Shown here: in pieces, positions 43,030-55,582 of the stretch
Position numbering within the stretch: position 1 is the first letter of the stretch
Layout: each line of letters opens with the position of its first letter
NCBI RefSeq assembly: GCF_009914755.1
Contig: NC_060930.1
DNA from: the human T2T-CHM13v2.0 reference genome, Homo sapiens
Strand: one strand, 5' to 3'
Length of the DNA: 64,000 bases
Translations under genes and position numbers: made by a program
Notes under the pieces: model-generated
Database searches by the model: none
Told to the model about the DNA's origin: nothing
What the model saw: only the letters and a program-made list of their open reading frames with translations

Positions 43030-43620
43030 CCTCTGCGGAGAGGCGCGAGAAAGGCCTTGGGTTTGGGAGAAGCCTGGAGGTCATGGTCGGGTGCAAGGGT
43101 GTAGCAGACCCGGTTCGGATCCTGGCTCAACCGTGCCCCTGGTGCATCCTTGCGCGAGGGACCTGACATCTCCGTGGATAACGGGTTAATAATAGCAGCC
43201 ACCTCACAGTTTAGCTTTCAGGAGGTAATACCCATGCATGAAGCAACTCAGCCCAACGTCCGGCATATGTTAGGCGCTCAGGAGTTGTTGCTCTTACCTA
43301 TGAACAGTGGTGATGTGCGATGACCACAGTGACGCTCGCGGGAGACCGGGCTGGGCCGGCGGGCAGCCAGAGAGCAAGGTCCAGGCACAGGGGCCCCTGG
43401 AGGTGGGGCCAAGGCTGCCATGGAAAAGGAGCTTTAGCGCAACGCCTGCAGCTGACTCGTGTTTTGCATTAGGAAGCGTTTCACTGCCTAACGACGGATC
43501 ACCTGGCCCAGCCTAAGGAACTGCAGCCTCGCAGATCCACGGGACCTGCGCGCAGGGCTCCAGGTGAGGGCCGAGCGCGGCCCCCACAACCCGGAGCCCG
43601 GTTCCCGGGCTAGGATGTGT
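43030..43620 (+). promoter_or_regulatory. Small CpG-island-like region; candidate promoter/first exon with donor CAG|GTGAGG (43563/43564)
   Basis: About 23 CpGs by hand count in 43301-43620, high GC, non-Alu; palindrome CCTGCGCGCAGG at 43545-43556. Confidence 0.6.
43095..43295 (+). mobile_element. MIR (CpG-rich copy)
   Basis: CAGACCCGGTTCGGATCCTGGCTC...TAATAATAGCAGCCACCTCACAG...CCGGCATATGTTAGGCGCTCA. Confidence 0.55.
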
Positions 43621-44774
43621 CTTAATAGGGTGACTTGTCAGGTTTGAGGTAGGCTGGTGGGGACAGACAGGGAACAGTGTCCTGCGTGCTTAGACCAGGG
43701 CTGTTCACATTTCTGGATTTGGTCCCACACTTATCACAAACAATTAGGCGTCATCGCCTGTGTGTCTGAATGTGGCACTGGCTTCTCAGATGACAAATTT
43801 CTTCGTGGTGGTAGCAGTGCAACTCTAAGGCGTCCTGAAGCATCCTAGCGTTTCTAAATTTCAAGATACCCTGTTTCTCCAAAACTTTGTTTGGCAGGTG
43901 TCTGAGTGCTCGCACCCGGGTCTACTAAATAACGCACCTGCAGGAGCACTTAGCATCCAAAGAACCATCATGATCATGGTTTCGGAAGTCTCGGATACTC
44001 CCAGGGAATGGGAAGAAATCCTGCTGTATGAACCTCCCACCCAAGTCCGCTCATCACAGATTTGCTTCCCATTTGCCAAATTTCGGTGGAATTTACATTA
44101 ACTCAGAGTTAGGAAAAATCCTTTACCAGATTTTGTTGGTTTATTATTTAAAACAGTGTAAATCAGTGTAGTTCCTCCTCTATTCCTTTCTGCTTTTGGA
44201 CACGCTGAAATACACAAACATTTAAATTATTGGGCCAGTTTCTTAACATACTTCTTTTCTCTCAGTGGAGACCTAGAAAAATAATACCAAACAGTGAAGA
44301 TGAAAATTTGATCTGATATTTCAACCAGTATTTTAAACCCATTTCTTGATCATTACCAAAGTATTTCACAAAAGAATCAGCCCAAGGAAACTGGAGTTAT
44401 TCTTTCACTTTTTTTTTTTTTTTTTTTTCATGAAAAAAGCCTAAATAGACGTGTCTTGAAATTGTTCTTCACATCTTCTGGTCAAGTTACAAAGTCTCCC
44501 TCCAGTCAGTCTTGTGTATCTCAGATCTGGCTAAGTGGAGGACCTGGGTGTCTGTCTCCCTCAAGCCTATTTTAATCATTTGTAGCTGGAACTTTTGTTA
44601 ATAAAACTTAGTTTAAGTGCTTCTTAAATAGAAAGGAACCATGATGGGGCCATGGGAGGGCCTAGGTGTGAAAGGCATCAAAGTTAAATCTTGTGATCTT
44701 AGTTGCCTCATCAATTAATATAAGATGCCATTAGTAATAATAATGCAAGCTTCAAAAGATTTTGTCAGAACTAA

Positions 44775-44955
44775 GAGCATATACATATATATTCCTATAT
44801 ATAGGAATATACAAATATATAATATTACTAAGAATATATAAATATATTATAAATAATATATACAGTATATTACTAATAGTATATATAGTATATATATTGC
44901 TAATATATATTTATAGCGTATATATTCCTATATACTTAGAATATATATATTTTTT
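44775..44955. repeat. (TA)-rich low-complexity tract
   Basis: Direct inspection. Confidence 0.85.
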
Positions 44956-46737
44956 TCTTTTTTCCTCTTTGAGAGACAGACACTCATCGCCTAACATGCA
45001 GTAAGGGTTCAATCATTGCCTCCATCCTTATTTTTTCATTACTGTGACCTCCTTTTTTGAAATCAGAACATCGGATTTTTCATCAGAGGGTCTTGAAAAT
45101 TCATGATCTATGTGCATAGCTACTACCACACCTCCGACTTCCACTCCAGAACACTCACTCTAACCTCAGCTCTCTCACCTTGTAAGGGCTCAGGCTTGTA
45201 GCCAGAGGTACTTAATAAATCTTTGTTGATGATAAGCCAATATGTTTCATATCATGGCAGCTTTAAATGGCCCTGCCTCACTTAAATAAGGGCCAGAAGC
45301 ACGGAAAACAACCACCAGAGTTCTGGCACCCTCTCTGGATTCCATCCGGACCACCTCTGAGGCACAAATTATTCCCTGGGCGAATCTCACACCCATCTTC
45401 ATCCCAGGTGGTTCTCTGAGCGTTCTCTGGGGAAGGCGCCTCAGTTCCTGATGCACAGTCAGGGTCTGCTTGCCTTTGTGGTCCATGTTAAACCCACCTT
45501 TCCAGTGCAATCTCCAGCCTCTCCCCTTGCTCATGGTTCTGGCGTTTGTCCCCTGCTCTCTCACCCAGCAGCCATGGAGGAGACCTACCCCTCCTATTTC
45601 CCCAATATAGGGGAGAAGAACCAGACACTCAGGCACTTCAGGACAACGTCAGGTGTGGTGCAACCAAATAATGCCAAAGAATGCTTTCCAGAAAGATTGG
45701 ATGCAAGAGTGGCCCAAATGGGCTAGAACGCGGACGATCTGAACTGGTCATCTGCAGGTGGACACAGGGCTGGGCTCGGAGCATGAAACCAAGTCCCGGG
45801 ATGGCCGAATGAGGACTTGGCACACAGGGCCAAGAGTCCAAAGATGAACCAAAACCAGGAAGCTGTTGGAGCTGTCAAATCTTCTGCCAAAGATCCAGAC
45901 CCAGCCCAAACTCAAAGGGCTGCTCTTGGTCAGGGGAGAACAAGTGATCCGAGGGAGTCGAGTAGGCACTCGGGTGGTGTCAGCGGGGCTGAGTCCTGCA
46001 GATGCTGGGGACAGGACGGAGAAGCACAAGGCTGTCATTTTAGAAGCACCGAGGACAGTGCAGGGCCAGGTCCTCTCAGAGGCTCCTGCAGATGAAGAAA
46101 AGGGTTGGTTCAGAGCCAAAGGCAGAGCTGAAGCCACAACTTCCAGGTTTAAGTGCTGACTCGGGATGGGTGCTGGAACATGCACCAGGCAAGCCATTCT
46201 ATAAAGTGTATCTGCATGTCTGCAGGTTGCATGGTTGTCACTGAGGAGCTCTCTCCGACTGGGGCCCAGCCTGTACCCTGGCAGATGGAGCAAGGTCCAG
46301 GGGAAGGCCCTGAAGCCTAGGAGCACTGGGATTTCTCTGTGGGCCCCTCCTCTGCCAGAGCAGCCATCTTTACCAAAGGGAGAGAACACGGAGGGCTGGT
46401 GGGAAACCAGGGAGAGTTTATGGGCTCACCAGCTGTCTGAGCAGCAGGCAAGCAAGTCTGTCTAAGCTACAGGACTTCAGAGGCAGCCCATACTCCAGAC
46501 TTCCCAGACCTCTCCTAGAGGATGTGGGCAGGCAGGAAACATATCAGCAGCTTGGTAAGACACCAAACACAATCAGAGGGGAAGGAGGAAGTGGGTAACG
46601 CCCAAGCACACATAGGCTTGATGGTAGAGGTGGCCATAAAACTCACTGAGGAGACCCATTCTTATTTCCCCCTAAGGCCATCTTACCATCCCCAGGCAAG
46701 AACGGTGCTAAACAATGGCTTCCAAGTGCCCATTCCG

Positions 46738-46779
46738 GAGGCAGACCATCATTGCCATGAGGCAGACCATCACTGCCAT
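46738..46779. repeat. Tandem duplication, 2 x 21 bp
   Basis: GAGGCAGACCATCA(T/C)TGCCAT twice. Confidence 0.9.
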
Positions 46780-48570
46780 TAGCCCACGCTTGCGCACTGC
46801 ATCCTCTCTGCTCACAAGGGGTAAAAACACAGGAACTCCTGCTTAATGCTGGTTTTTCATTTGGCTCTTTATTCTTATCTGTTCTTGATTCAATGACCAT
46901 TTGCAGTTAGATTTTTTACCTAAATGGATGATGGTCACCATTTTTTTAGTTACCCCATCTCCAGGGCTTTGACTGCACAAAACTTACATCCAGCTCTTTA
47001 GCTAAAGTTAGATTCACCTTGTGTCTTGGCTCTTAAGATTTCAACAAGTTGTCTGGCCTTGCTTGAACTCATAGCTCTGCAAATACAAGGTCTATTGGAA
47101 ATCTAGAGTTGTCACCTTTTTCCCCTGGGCAATCAACTGTACAATCACAAGGAATGTTCGCGATTGCTATTACTGTAACTCTCGGAACACAGGCACCATA
47201 AAACTCTGCTGAATAAAAAGAAGAAAAAGACTCATAACTTAAGAAGCTGCCAGGGTTTAAAGTGTGGCCTTCAGAAGCCCAGGACTGCTGAGCCACTAAC
47301 GCCTGAAACGCTTGAGTCTGAAAAGAGACATAATGTATATTAGCATTCTCAGCAAAAGCACTTTAGCCAACTCTGTTTTCATATTCCTCAACTCAGTTCC
47401 TTTGAAAATGAAAGTAAAAATAAAGCAATACTCCTTATAATTTCCTCAAGACCTTGGAGTGTGGGTTAAAGAAAATCTGCTGATTCTGCTGACCTCCGCG
47501 AAGGTGTCGTGGGGGCGGGGAGGAGTCACTGCATTTGGGTCTCGTGCGGGTCCCTAAGAGCTGGGCTTTGCCTGTGCTTTCGATATTTTCTTTCAAACTT
47601 GCCATTTTGCTGCTGCAGCTGGGCTTGTCAGTTTTCAGTACTAATGGGTTGTGATGGGGTGTCAGGGGAAGTCAACAATCAATGCTTGAAAAAAACTGGT
47701 GGGGGCCGTTGTGGGGTGGACCATCACTGCTGACATGGCCAGGAACAGAAATACAATGGCCTTCTTTTGTAGAAAAATAGACAAGAAATACTACACTGTG
47801 TTTTGCTTTTAAGATTAGTATAGATTTTTATCCTTTGATGACTGGGTTGTCTGCCCTTCCCCCACTGTAAGTTTGGCTATCAAACAACATAGATTCTGGC
47901 TTTTAAATAAACCACTGTACAGTATAGTTAACATTACAATTCATGGTGTGAATTGGAGTTGTTTCTTGCAGGAAGATGAATGAAGATGGGGAAATGTCTG
48001 CCAAAACAGAGGCATGAAAGAAATGGTGTGAGATGGCCAGGCTCACCTTGTGAATAGGCCTGTTTTAGGAAAAACTCATTTAGACCCCAGTGTTGTGTGA
48101 CAGTAGAATACCATTACAGTAACGTTCAGCATAATGATGCTAATGGGAAAAGCATCAGTGCCTGGCTGAAGTTTACATCCAGGGCAAGAAATCTCACTGA
48201 ACATGTTTTTACTAATAATTCAGTAGAACCCTATTGTGACACTGGTATCAGAATGCAAGAACAATATTTGCCTCATGCGTTGTTTTACTCAAGTCATATA
48301 TCAGGGATTATACGTGGAAAATGATTTGACCCTACTGTAATATAATCTGTGATAGCAAAGCACTTTCAAAACAGGGCTTTACTGTACTTATTGACGTGAA
48401 TTCTACTCATGCCAAGAATCCCAGAGTGATAATCAAGTAAAATTGTTCTGAGTTAACTTTATATAACACTTGAGTTCCTGAAAAATTTGGGGTGACTCGG
48501 AGTAAAACTCAGAATCACATCCTTATCTATCCACTTTGTAAATTCAAATCTACACGTAACAGGTTTTCTT

Positions 48571-48680
48571 TTTTTTGTCGTTTGTTTTTTTTTTTGAAAC
48601 GGAGTCTCGCTCTGTCGCCCAGGCTAGAGTGCAGTGACGTAATCTCGGCTCACTGCGAGCTCCACCGCCCGGGTTCACAC
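48571..48680 (-). mobile_element. 5'-truncated AluY with TSD
   Basis: GGAGTCTCGCTCTGTCGCCCAGGC...GAGCTCCACCGCCCGGGTTCAC; TSD ACAC(G/T)TAACAGGTTTTCTT at 48552-48570 and 48677-48695. Confidence 0.88.
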
Positions 48681-48745
48681 TTAACAGGTTTTCTTAAAAG
48701 AAAGTTCATCTCTATTCATCTTTCTTTATAAAACTGAAAATTTTT

Positions 48746-49030
48746 GCCTGTAATCCCAGCACTTTGGGAGGCCAAGGCGGGTGGATCACTTGAGGCCAGG
48801 AGTTTGAGATCAGCCTGGCCAACATGGCGAAACCACCTCTCTACTAAAAATACAAAAATTAGCCGGGCGTGGTGGCAGGTGCCTGTAATTCTAGCTACTC
48901 AGGAGGCTGAGGCATGAGAATCACTTGAACCCAGGAGGCAGAGGTTGCAGTGAGTCAAGATCACGCCACTGTACTCCGGACTGGGTGATAGAGTAAGGCT
49001 CTGTCTCAAAAAAAAAGAAAAGAAAAGAAA
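48746..49030 (+). mobile_element. AluS lacking its first ~20 nt
   Basis: Starts GCCTGTAATCCCAGC; TSD GAAAATTTTTG at 48736-48746 and 49027-49037. Confidence 0.92.
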
Positions 49031-49289
49031 ATTTTTGTTGCAGAAAAAAAATGTGAACACAAAGTGTCTAAAGTTATAGTGAAATAAAAAGCAGCTTTGC
49101 TAATCCCATATTCTTGCCTGAACTGTGTTTGTTTCTTTCACCTACTTCACAATCTTACCCAGCCCAATTGTTACTCTCAATTTCATCATTTCTATATTAT
49201 AAAGATGTTAATAAGCATATAGTAATGTAATGATTGCAGTAAAATAACACAAGTTTATTTTTTTTAAAAAAATCATCCACCAAGAAGAT

Positions 49290-49550
49290 AGGGTGTACTT
49301 CTCCTATTTCTCCCACTAATTGCAACTAAAAACCCTAGACATTATATATGTATATAAATCAAACATAAGAAGACTTTGAAAGGTGGATGGAAGGAGGTAG
49401 ACTGAATGGGGGACTTGGGACTCAAACAATGAGAGTGTTGAGTTCTCTGGGTTTTCTTTCTGTCTCATATAGCCTGGATTTGGAAAGGAAGAAGCTGGCA
49501 ACACTGAAACCAATAGACGCAGACAAAAATAACACCAGCGAAAGTCTCAC
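49290..49550 (+). mobile_element. Old L1M 5'-region fragment
   Basis: AACCCTAGACATTATATA...AAACATAAGAAGACTTTGAAAGGTGG...GAGTTCTCTGGGTTTTCTTT. Confidence 0.45.
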
Positions 49551-50098
49551 TGGCCTTTTTCTTATCTGCAGAAAATTATTGATCTTTGCTGATATGCTTG
49601 TTACATGTATATTAAATAGTAATTAACAAGGCCACGTCTCTGCAACGTAGGCTATTTTATAATGCGTGTTGCAAAAATGCCTGCCTGTTCTTGCTGATTG
49701 ACACAGGAAGACTCCCCTTTCTTCTGGTGTGTGTGGCTCCAGGTCTTGTCTGCAACCTCATTGCTCAGAGCTCTGGTCCCGCGGGTCTCTGTACTCTGAA
49801 CCTGGTTTCACAAGGGCACGGCTTGAGGAGGGGCTCATTGTGCAGCTTTAGTAGGAAGACAACCTTTCTGTTTGGGATTCAAGCTAAAAATGGATTCCAC
49901 TGCCACAATTGCACAGCAACATCTATATCTTGCCTGTTAGTGTATTATGATTTAACATCTTCCCGAGTTACAAGAGTTCAGAAGATTACTATTTAGTCAT
50001 CTTAGGCTTATCATTGTGTAGGCTATAAACGGTCAGAAAATCTTGAATGAACAAATAAATATCTATTGGCACCACAGCTCAAACAGAACTGAAAGTAC

Positions 50099-50099
50099 G

Positions 50100-50138
<39 letters not shown>
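50099..50138. repeat. (CA)n microsatellite
   Basis: Direct inspection. Confidence 0.95.
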
Positions 50139-50140
<2 letters not shown>

Positions 50141-50617
50141 CAAACACTGAAAATGCTGAATAAACTATTTTTTAATGCATACTCAAAAGCAAGGAAAGAA
50201 AATTCCCTGATGTCAGGAAAAAAGAACAACTCAAAGAAAAAGAGGTGAGTGCAAGCTGAAGCCAAACAGATGACAGGGGCGTTGTAAACAGATACAGGCC
50301 TAACAGGCGTGGGACTCAAGTTTTAACGCCTGTACAGCAAAAGGAGATGAGGCCTTGGGCCTGTACAAGACAGAAAAGCTGAAACGAAACTCCTGTTTAA
50401 ACTGGAAGCCATGAAGCTGTGCCTAGGTGGTGACACTGAGCTTAGAAAGTCGGTGCCTTGGTTTAGAGAATCAGCAAGGGAGCTTGCCATAGTGCAAGGG
50501 GTAGGAAGCCTCACCCATAGGAAGCTGAAGCCAGTGCCTGCTACACACATGTGTGGTGTTCACATCTGTATTACCTACATGAGGAGAGAACCCCAACCAA
50601 GAAATTAAGACAGGCAC

Positions 50618-51340
50618 TGATCCAGCAATCCCACTTCTGTAAACATATCCAAAACAATTGAAAGCAGGGTCTCAAATAAATGTTTGAACACCGATGTTCA
50701 TAGCAGCATTATTCACAATAGCCAAAAGGTGGTAGACACAAGTACTCAGGTGTCCATCAGTGGGTGAACTGATCAATAAAATGTGGTATATACATACAAG
50801 AAATATTATTCAGCCTCAAAAAGGAGGAAGATTCTGTCACATGCTGTCACATGGATGAACTTTGAGGACATTATGCTAACTGAAATAGGCCAGGTACAAA
50901 ACGACAAATACTGTGTGATTCCACTTATATGAGGTAACTGGAGTAGTTAAAGCTCATAGAGACAGAAGGCAGAATGGTGGTGGCTAGGGGCTGGGGAGAG
51001 GGGAAAACAGGGAGTCACTGTTTAAAGGGTATAAAGTTTCCATTTTCTAAGATGAAAAAGTTTTGCAAATTGATTGCATAATACCATGAATATACTTAAT
51101 GCTACTGAACATTACTATACACTTAAAAATTTTTAAGTTGAGCGAGGTGCAGTGGCTCATACTTGTAATCCCAACACTTTGGGAGGCCAAGGTGGGAGGA
51201 CTGCTGGAGCCCAGAGACTTTGAAGGAGCAATAAGCTATGATTGTGCCACTGCACTCCAGCCTGGGTGACAGAGCAAGACCCTGTTTCAAAAACAAAAAA
51301 TTGTTAAGATGGTAAACTTTAATTTAAAAATTAAAAAGAA
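50618..51340 (+). mobile_element. L1MB-type 3' end
   Basis: GATCCAGCAATCCCACTTCTG...TTGAAAGCAGGGTCTCAAA...GACAAATACTGTGTGATTCCACTTATATGAGGTA. Confidence 0.85.
51140..51300 (+). mobile_element. Alu monomer (FRAM-like or collapsed AluJ)
   Basis: Left-arm start joined to right-arm end; TSD-like AAAAATT(T/G)TTAAG. Confidence 0.8.
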
Positions 51341-51914
51341 AACTGGTACAGAACCAAGGAAACCTCTGGGCCCCACAGAAGAGCAAATGGAAAACAAGAA
51401 TATCTAGACAAGAGCACGGTCGGGATCCCATGTCACCCCAGAAAATTAATCCCCACTGAAGATGAGCTCATGCGCAAAGATGACAAGCCACATAGGGAAA
51501 TGAGTCACTGTGGAATAATCGGCAGAGGCAGCAAATGAAAAAAAATGTGTTCGCCGAGAGAGATAAAGCAAACATTCCTACCCAAGACACAAAAGATCGT
51601 CTATAAACCGTAATAAAAGAACAGAAGACTGAGGAGGTTAGGAGACGGAGAAGGAAGAAGTAGCATTAAAGAATAAAGGACAAACTAAATAGGAATTACA
51701 GGAATAAGCAAATAGACCATCATTACAATTTTCAAAAAGAACATCATTGCATGGGTTAAACACTGGTCTAATTGATACTGGTGACGAATCCAGAGCGTGG
51801 AAAATAAAAGCAACACGTTTTATTCAGGCCAGACCTTTTCCAAGCCAATTGTATGATTTATGACCCAGGATGCAACACCCATTCTACAGCCAGACACAAA
51901 ATAATATCAGGCAT

Positions 51915-52300
51915 TCCTCTTGTTCATTCTCAAATATTCAAACTTTGGATCAGGCACTATTTTTAAGCCCTGGAAATACAGTTACGAATGAGACAGACAA
52001 GGTCTTTCTTCTTCTGGTTCTTGCATTCTAGTAGTTTGTTATCTAGAAGATAATAAATAGGCATAAATAAAATAATTTCAGATATTGATAAATATAAGGA
52101 AAAAAATAATACAGAACATAAGATAGAGAGTAATGGGGCTGTCATTGGGACCACCTTAGACTAGGTATCCAGAAAGGTCTCTCTATAGAGTTGGCATTTA
52201 AGCTGAGCTTAAATGAGAAGGTGCCAGTCAAGCCAAGATCTTTGAGAAGAGCAATCCAAAGGGAAGAAGAGTTGAGGACAAGGGCTCTGAGAAAAGAAAG
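51915..52300 (-). mobile_element. L2 fragment
   Basis: CAGGCACTATTTTTAAGCCCTGGAAATACAG...AGAAAGGTCTCTCT...GGCATTTAAGCTGAG. Confidence 0.7.
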
Positions 52301-52639
52301 GAGTACAAGCTTTTGGATTATGGTTTAGGATATACATAGTCGAAAGAAAGGAGAAGGATGTGTTCCATCAGCCATATAAGATGCCCTGGTTCAGATCCAC
52401 CCAGTTACTTGCATTGCCATATTGCTATTGGTTCCCTTAAAGTTCAAGTTGTAACTGGGTTCTAGGATACAGTCTGGGAGAATCAAAGCCCCAGGCCAGA
52501 ATTTCACTCCCAAGGCAGACACAGAACTTTGTTCTCCCAGAATTCCCTGGGTGACTTTGTACTGCATATTGCCTGCCCCTGCATGAGGGAACAAGTGAGT
52601 TGATGCTAAGCACCCTCAAGCTCCATTTATTTTCTAAAA

Positions 52640-52828
52640 CAACAGTGGTGACCTTCTGTAAAGGGGCATATAGTAAATAGTTTGGGCTTTGACGATCACA
52701 TCGTGTGTTGCATGTGCCCAACTCTGCAATGGTAGCACAAAAGCAGCCAAGATAATACATAACCAAAGGTGTGTTGCTGTGTCCTAATGACACTTTTATA
52801 AAAACAGCCAGTACTTTGCCAACCCCTG
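52640..52828. mobile_element. MER58A (hAT-Charlie)
   Basis: TTCTGTAAAGGGGCATATAGTAAATA...TTTGCCAACCCCTG; 8-bp TSD (T/C)TCTAAAA. Confidence 0.8.
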
Positions 52829-52861
52829 CTCTAAAACAGTGGTCTTTAAAGATGAGCCTTG

Positions 52862-53310
<449 letters not shown>

Positions 53311-53664
53311 TCAATCTGATGTCAGAGCATGAGATCACATGGTACAGAAAGAATTGGAGGGAAAAGAGCCATCCAAGCACAGCCAGTGGTCCTCAGTCTT
53401 TCATCACTTTCAGTGCCTTGTAGTACATTAGTTTGTATGTAACATCCAAAATACAGAGAAGTAGCTTAAAAGATTTCCACAAAGAAACCTCAGACTGAAG
53501 ACAATACCAACAATACAATCACAAATGAATAAAATGAACAACACAAACATGACAGAACCAACACTTCTCCAAGTCCTAGTGTGACATTTGTAAGTCACAT
53601 AAAAGACAAAAACAATGGAAAAATTAATCATATCAGAAAAGCAGTCCACAAAAATATTCATATC

Positions 53665-54660
53665 TGTATTCGTTATCTATTGCTGTAAAACAAATCACTG
53701 CAAAACTTAGTGACTTAAAACAATAATAAGGACTTAGTATCTCACACAGTTTCTACTGGTCAAAATTTGGGTGCAACTTCTCCAAGTGATTCCAGCTTAG
53801 ACTCTCACGTGAGATTGTGGTGAAGATGTTGGCCAAGGCTACAGTCATAAGAAGGCTTGACTGGGACTAAAGGAGCTACTTCCAAGATTCACTCGTTTGG
53901 CTGGCAACTTGGTGCTGGCTTTTGGGAAGAGGTCTGAATTCCTCACCACGTGAGCCTCCCTATCAGGCTGCTTGAGTCTCCTCACAACATGGCAGCTGGC
54001 TTCCCCCAGACTGAGTGTTGCAAGAGAGCAAAGCAAAAGTGGCAAAGTCCTAGCCTTAGAAGTCTGCACCATCGGGCCAGGCATGGCAGTTAATGCCTGT
54101 AATCCCAGCACTTTGGGAGGCCAAGGTAGGTGGATCACATGAGGTTAGGAGTTCGAGACCAGCCTGGCCAATATGGTGAAACCTCATGTCTAATAAAAAT
54201 ACAAAAATTAGCCAGGCGTGGTGGTGCATGCCTGCAGTCCCAGCTACTCAGGAAACTAAGGCAGGATAATTGTTTGAACCTCAGAGGCAGAGGTTGCAGT
54301 GAGCCGAGATCACCACACTGCACTCCAGACTGGGCAACAGAGCAAGACTCCTTCTCAAAAAAAAAAAAGAAAGAAGTCAGCACCATCACTCATCACTCTC
54401 ACCATACTCTGTTGGTCACACAAACCAACCCAGATGTAGTATGGGAAGGGAGTATACCAGGAGGTGAGGACCACAAGGGCCACCTTGAAGACTGGCTACC
54501 ATAGTCCACCCTCTGACCCCTAATAATTCACATCCTTCCTACATGCAAAATACACTCGCTCCCTCTAAAGTGTCCCAAAAGTTTCATCTCATCACAGCCT
54601 CCATTCAAAGTCTAGAATCTCATCATTTATATCAGGTCCAGGTGCATATGAGGATCCTCA
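53665..54660 (-). mobile_element. MLT1 (F/H-like) LTR 53665-54503 plus adjacent MLT1-int, split by an Alu
   Basis: TGTATTCGTTATCTATTGCTG...GGCTACCATA, then GTCCACCCTCTGACCCC...CATGCAAAATACAC. Confidence 0.8.
54075..54371 (+). mobile_element. AluS
   Basis: Full Alu; TSD AGAAGTC(T/A)GCACCATC at 54058-54073 and 54372-54387. Confidence 0.94.
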
Positions 54661-54743
54661 AAGGCCAGTGAAAGTTACCCCAAAGGTATCTGGGGTTTGG
54701 GGGTTTTGAGATATTTAATGACAGCAAAAATTATTCATACCAT

Positions 54744-54765
54744 GGTATTAGTCTGGGTCCTTATA

Positions 54766-54797
<32 letters not shown>

Positions 54798-55263
54798 TGT
54801 ATGTGTGTGTGTGTGCGCATATAGAGAGAGAAAGAGAGAGACTGACATTGTAAGGAATTGGCTCATGCACTTACGGCAGCTGAAAAGTCCCATGATCTAC
54901 CATCTGCAGGCTGAAGACATGGGAAATCTGGTGATATAATTCAGACCATATCTGAAGGCCTAAGATCCAGGAGCACCCCTGGTATAAGTCCCAGTCTGAG
55001 GGCAGGAGAAGACCAATGTTCCAGCCCAACAGTCAGGCTCAGAGAGCGCATTCTCCCTTACTCCGCCTTTTGCTCTATTCAGGCCTCCAAAGGATTGCAT
55101 GAAGCCCCCCACACCAGGGAGCGCCATCTGCTTTACTCAGTCTACCCATTCAAGCGTAATCTCATATGAAAACACCCCCACAGACACACTCAGAATAATG
55201 TTTAACCAGATACCTGGGCACCTTGTGTCCCAGTCAAGTTGACACATGCAATTAACCATCACG
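54744..55263 (-). mobile_element. MLT2B-like ERVL solo LTR with internal (TG)n(GA)n
   Basis: TAAGGAATTGGCTCATG...CAGTCAAGTTGACACATGCAATTAACCATCAC; TSD ACCAT at 54739-54743 and 55264-55268. Confidence 0.87.
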
Positions 55264-55433
55264 ACCATTAAAATAAGATAAAATAAATTAATGTTTAACA
55301 TATTATCTATCTCACATGTCTCATCCCATTTACTTATATTTTATGTATGTTTCATGATATGCATAATACAACTATGCATAAGTACACTTATATATGTACT
55401 ATATCTAAAGCACGCATATGTATACATTGTATG

Positions 55434-55582
55434 TTTACAGTATTCTTTTTAATAGAGGCACAGAATCAAAGGTGTGTATAAGCGTTCAGGCCACGGTAAG
55501 ATGGCCCTTGGAGAAACAATTTGATTGGGAAATTCTGCATTGGAATTTACAGTATTCTTTTTAATAGAGGCACAGACTCAAA
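55434..55582. repeat. 37-bp direct duplication enclosing a 72-bp inverted copy of 56351-56422
   Basis: TTTACAGTATTCTTTTTAATAGAGGCACAGA(A/C)TCAAA at 55434-55470 and 55546-55582; 55472-55543 is the reverse complement of 56351-56422 with 9 mismatches. Confidence 0.92.

Noticed and set aside
45748-46389. 213-aa minus-strand ORF, the longest outside recognised repeats
   Set aside because: Starts at GTG, has no recognisable domain, and lies in GC-rich DNA where long stop-free frames arise by chance.
47490-47555. GC box GGGGCGGGG with a few CpGs
   Set aside because: Too small and isolated to call a promoter from sequence alone.
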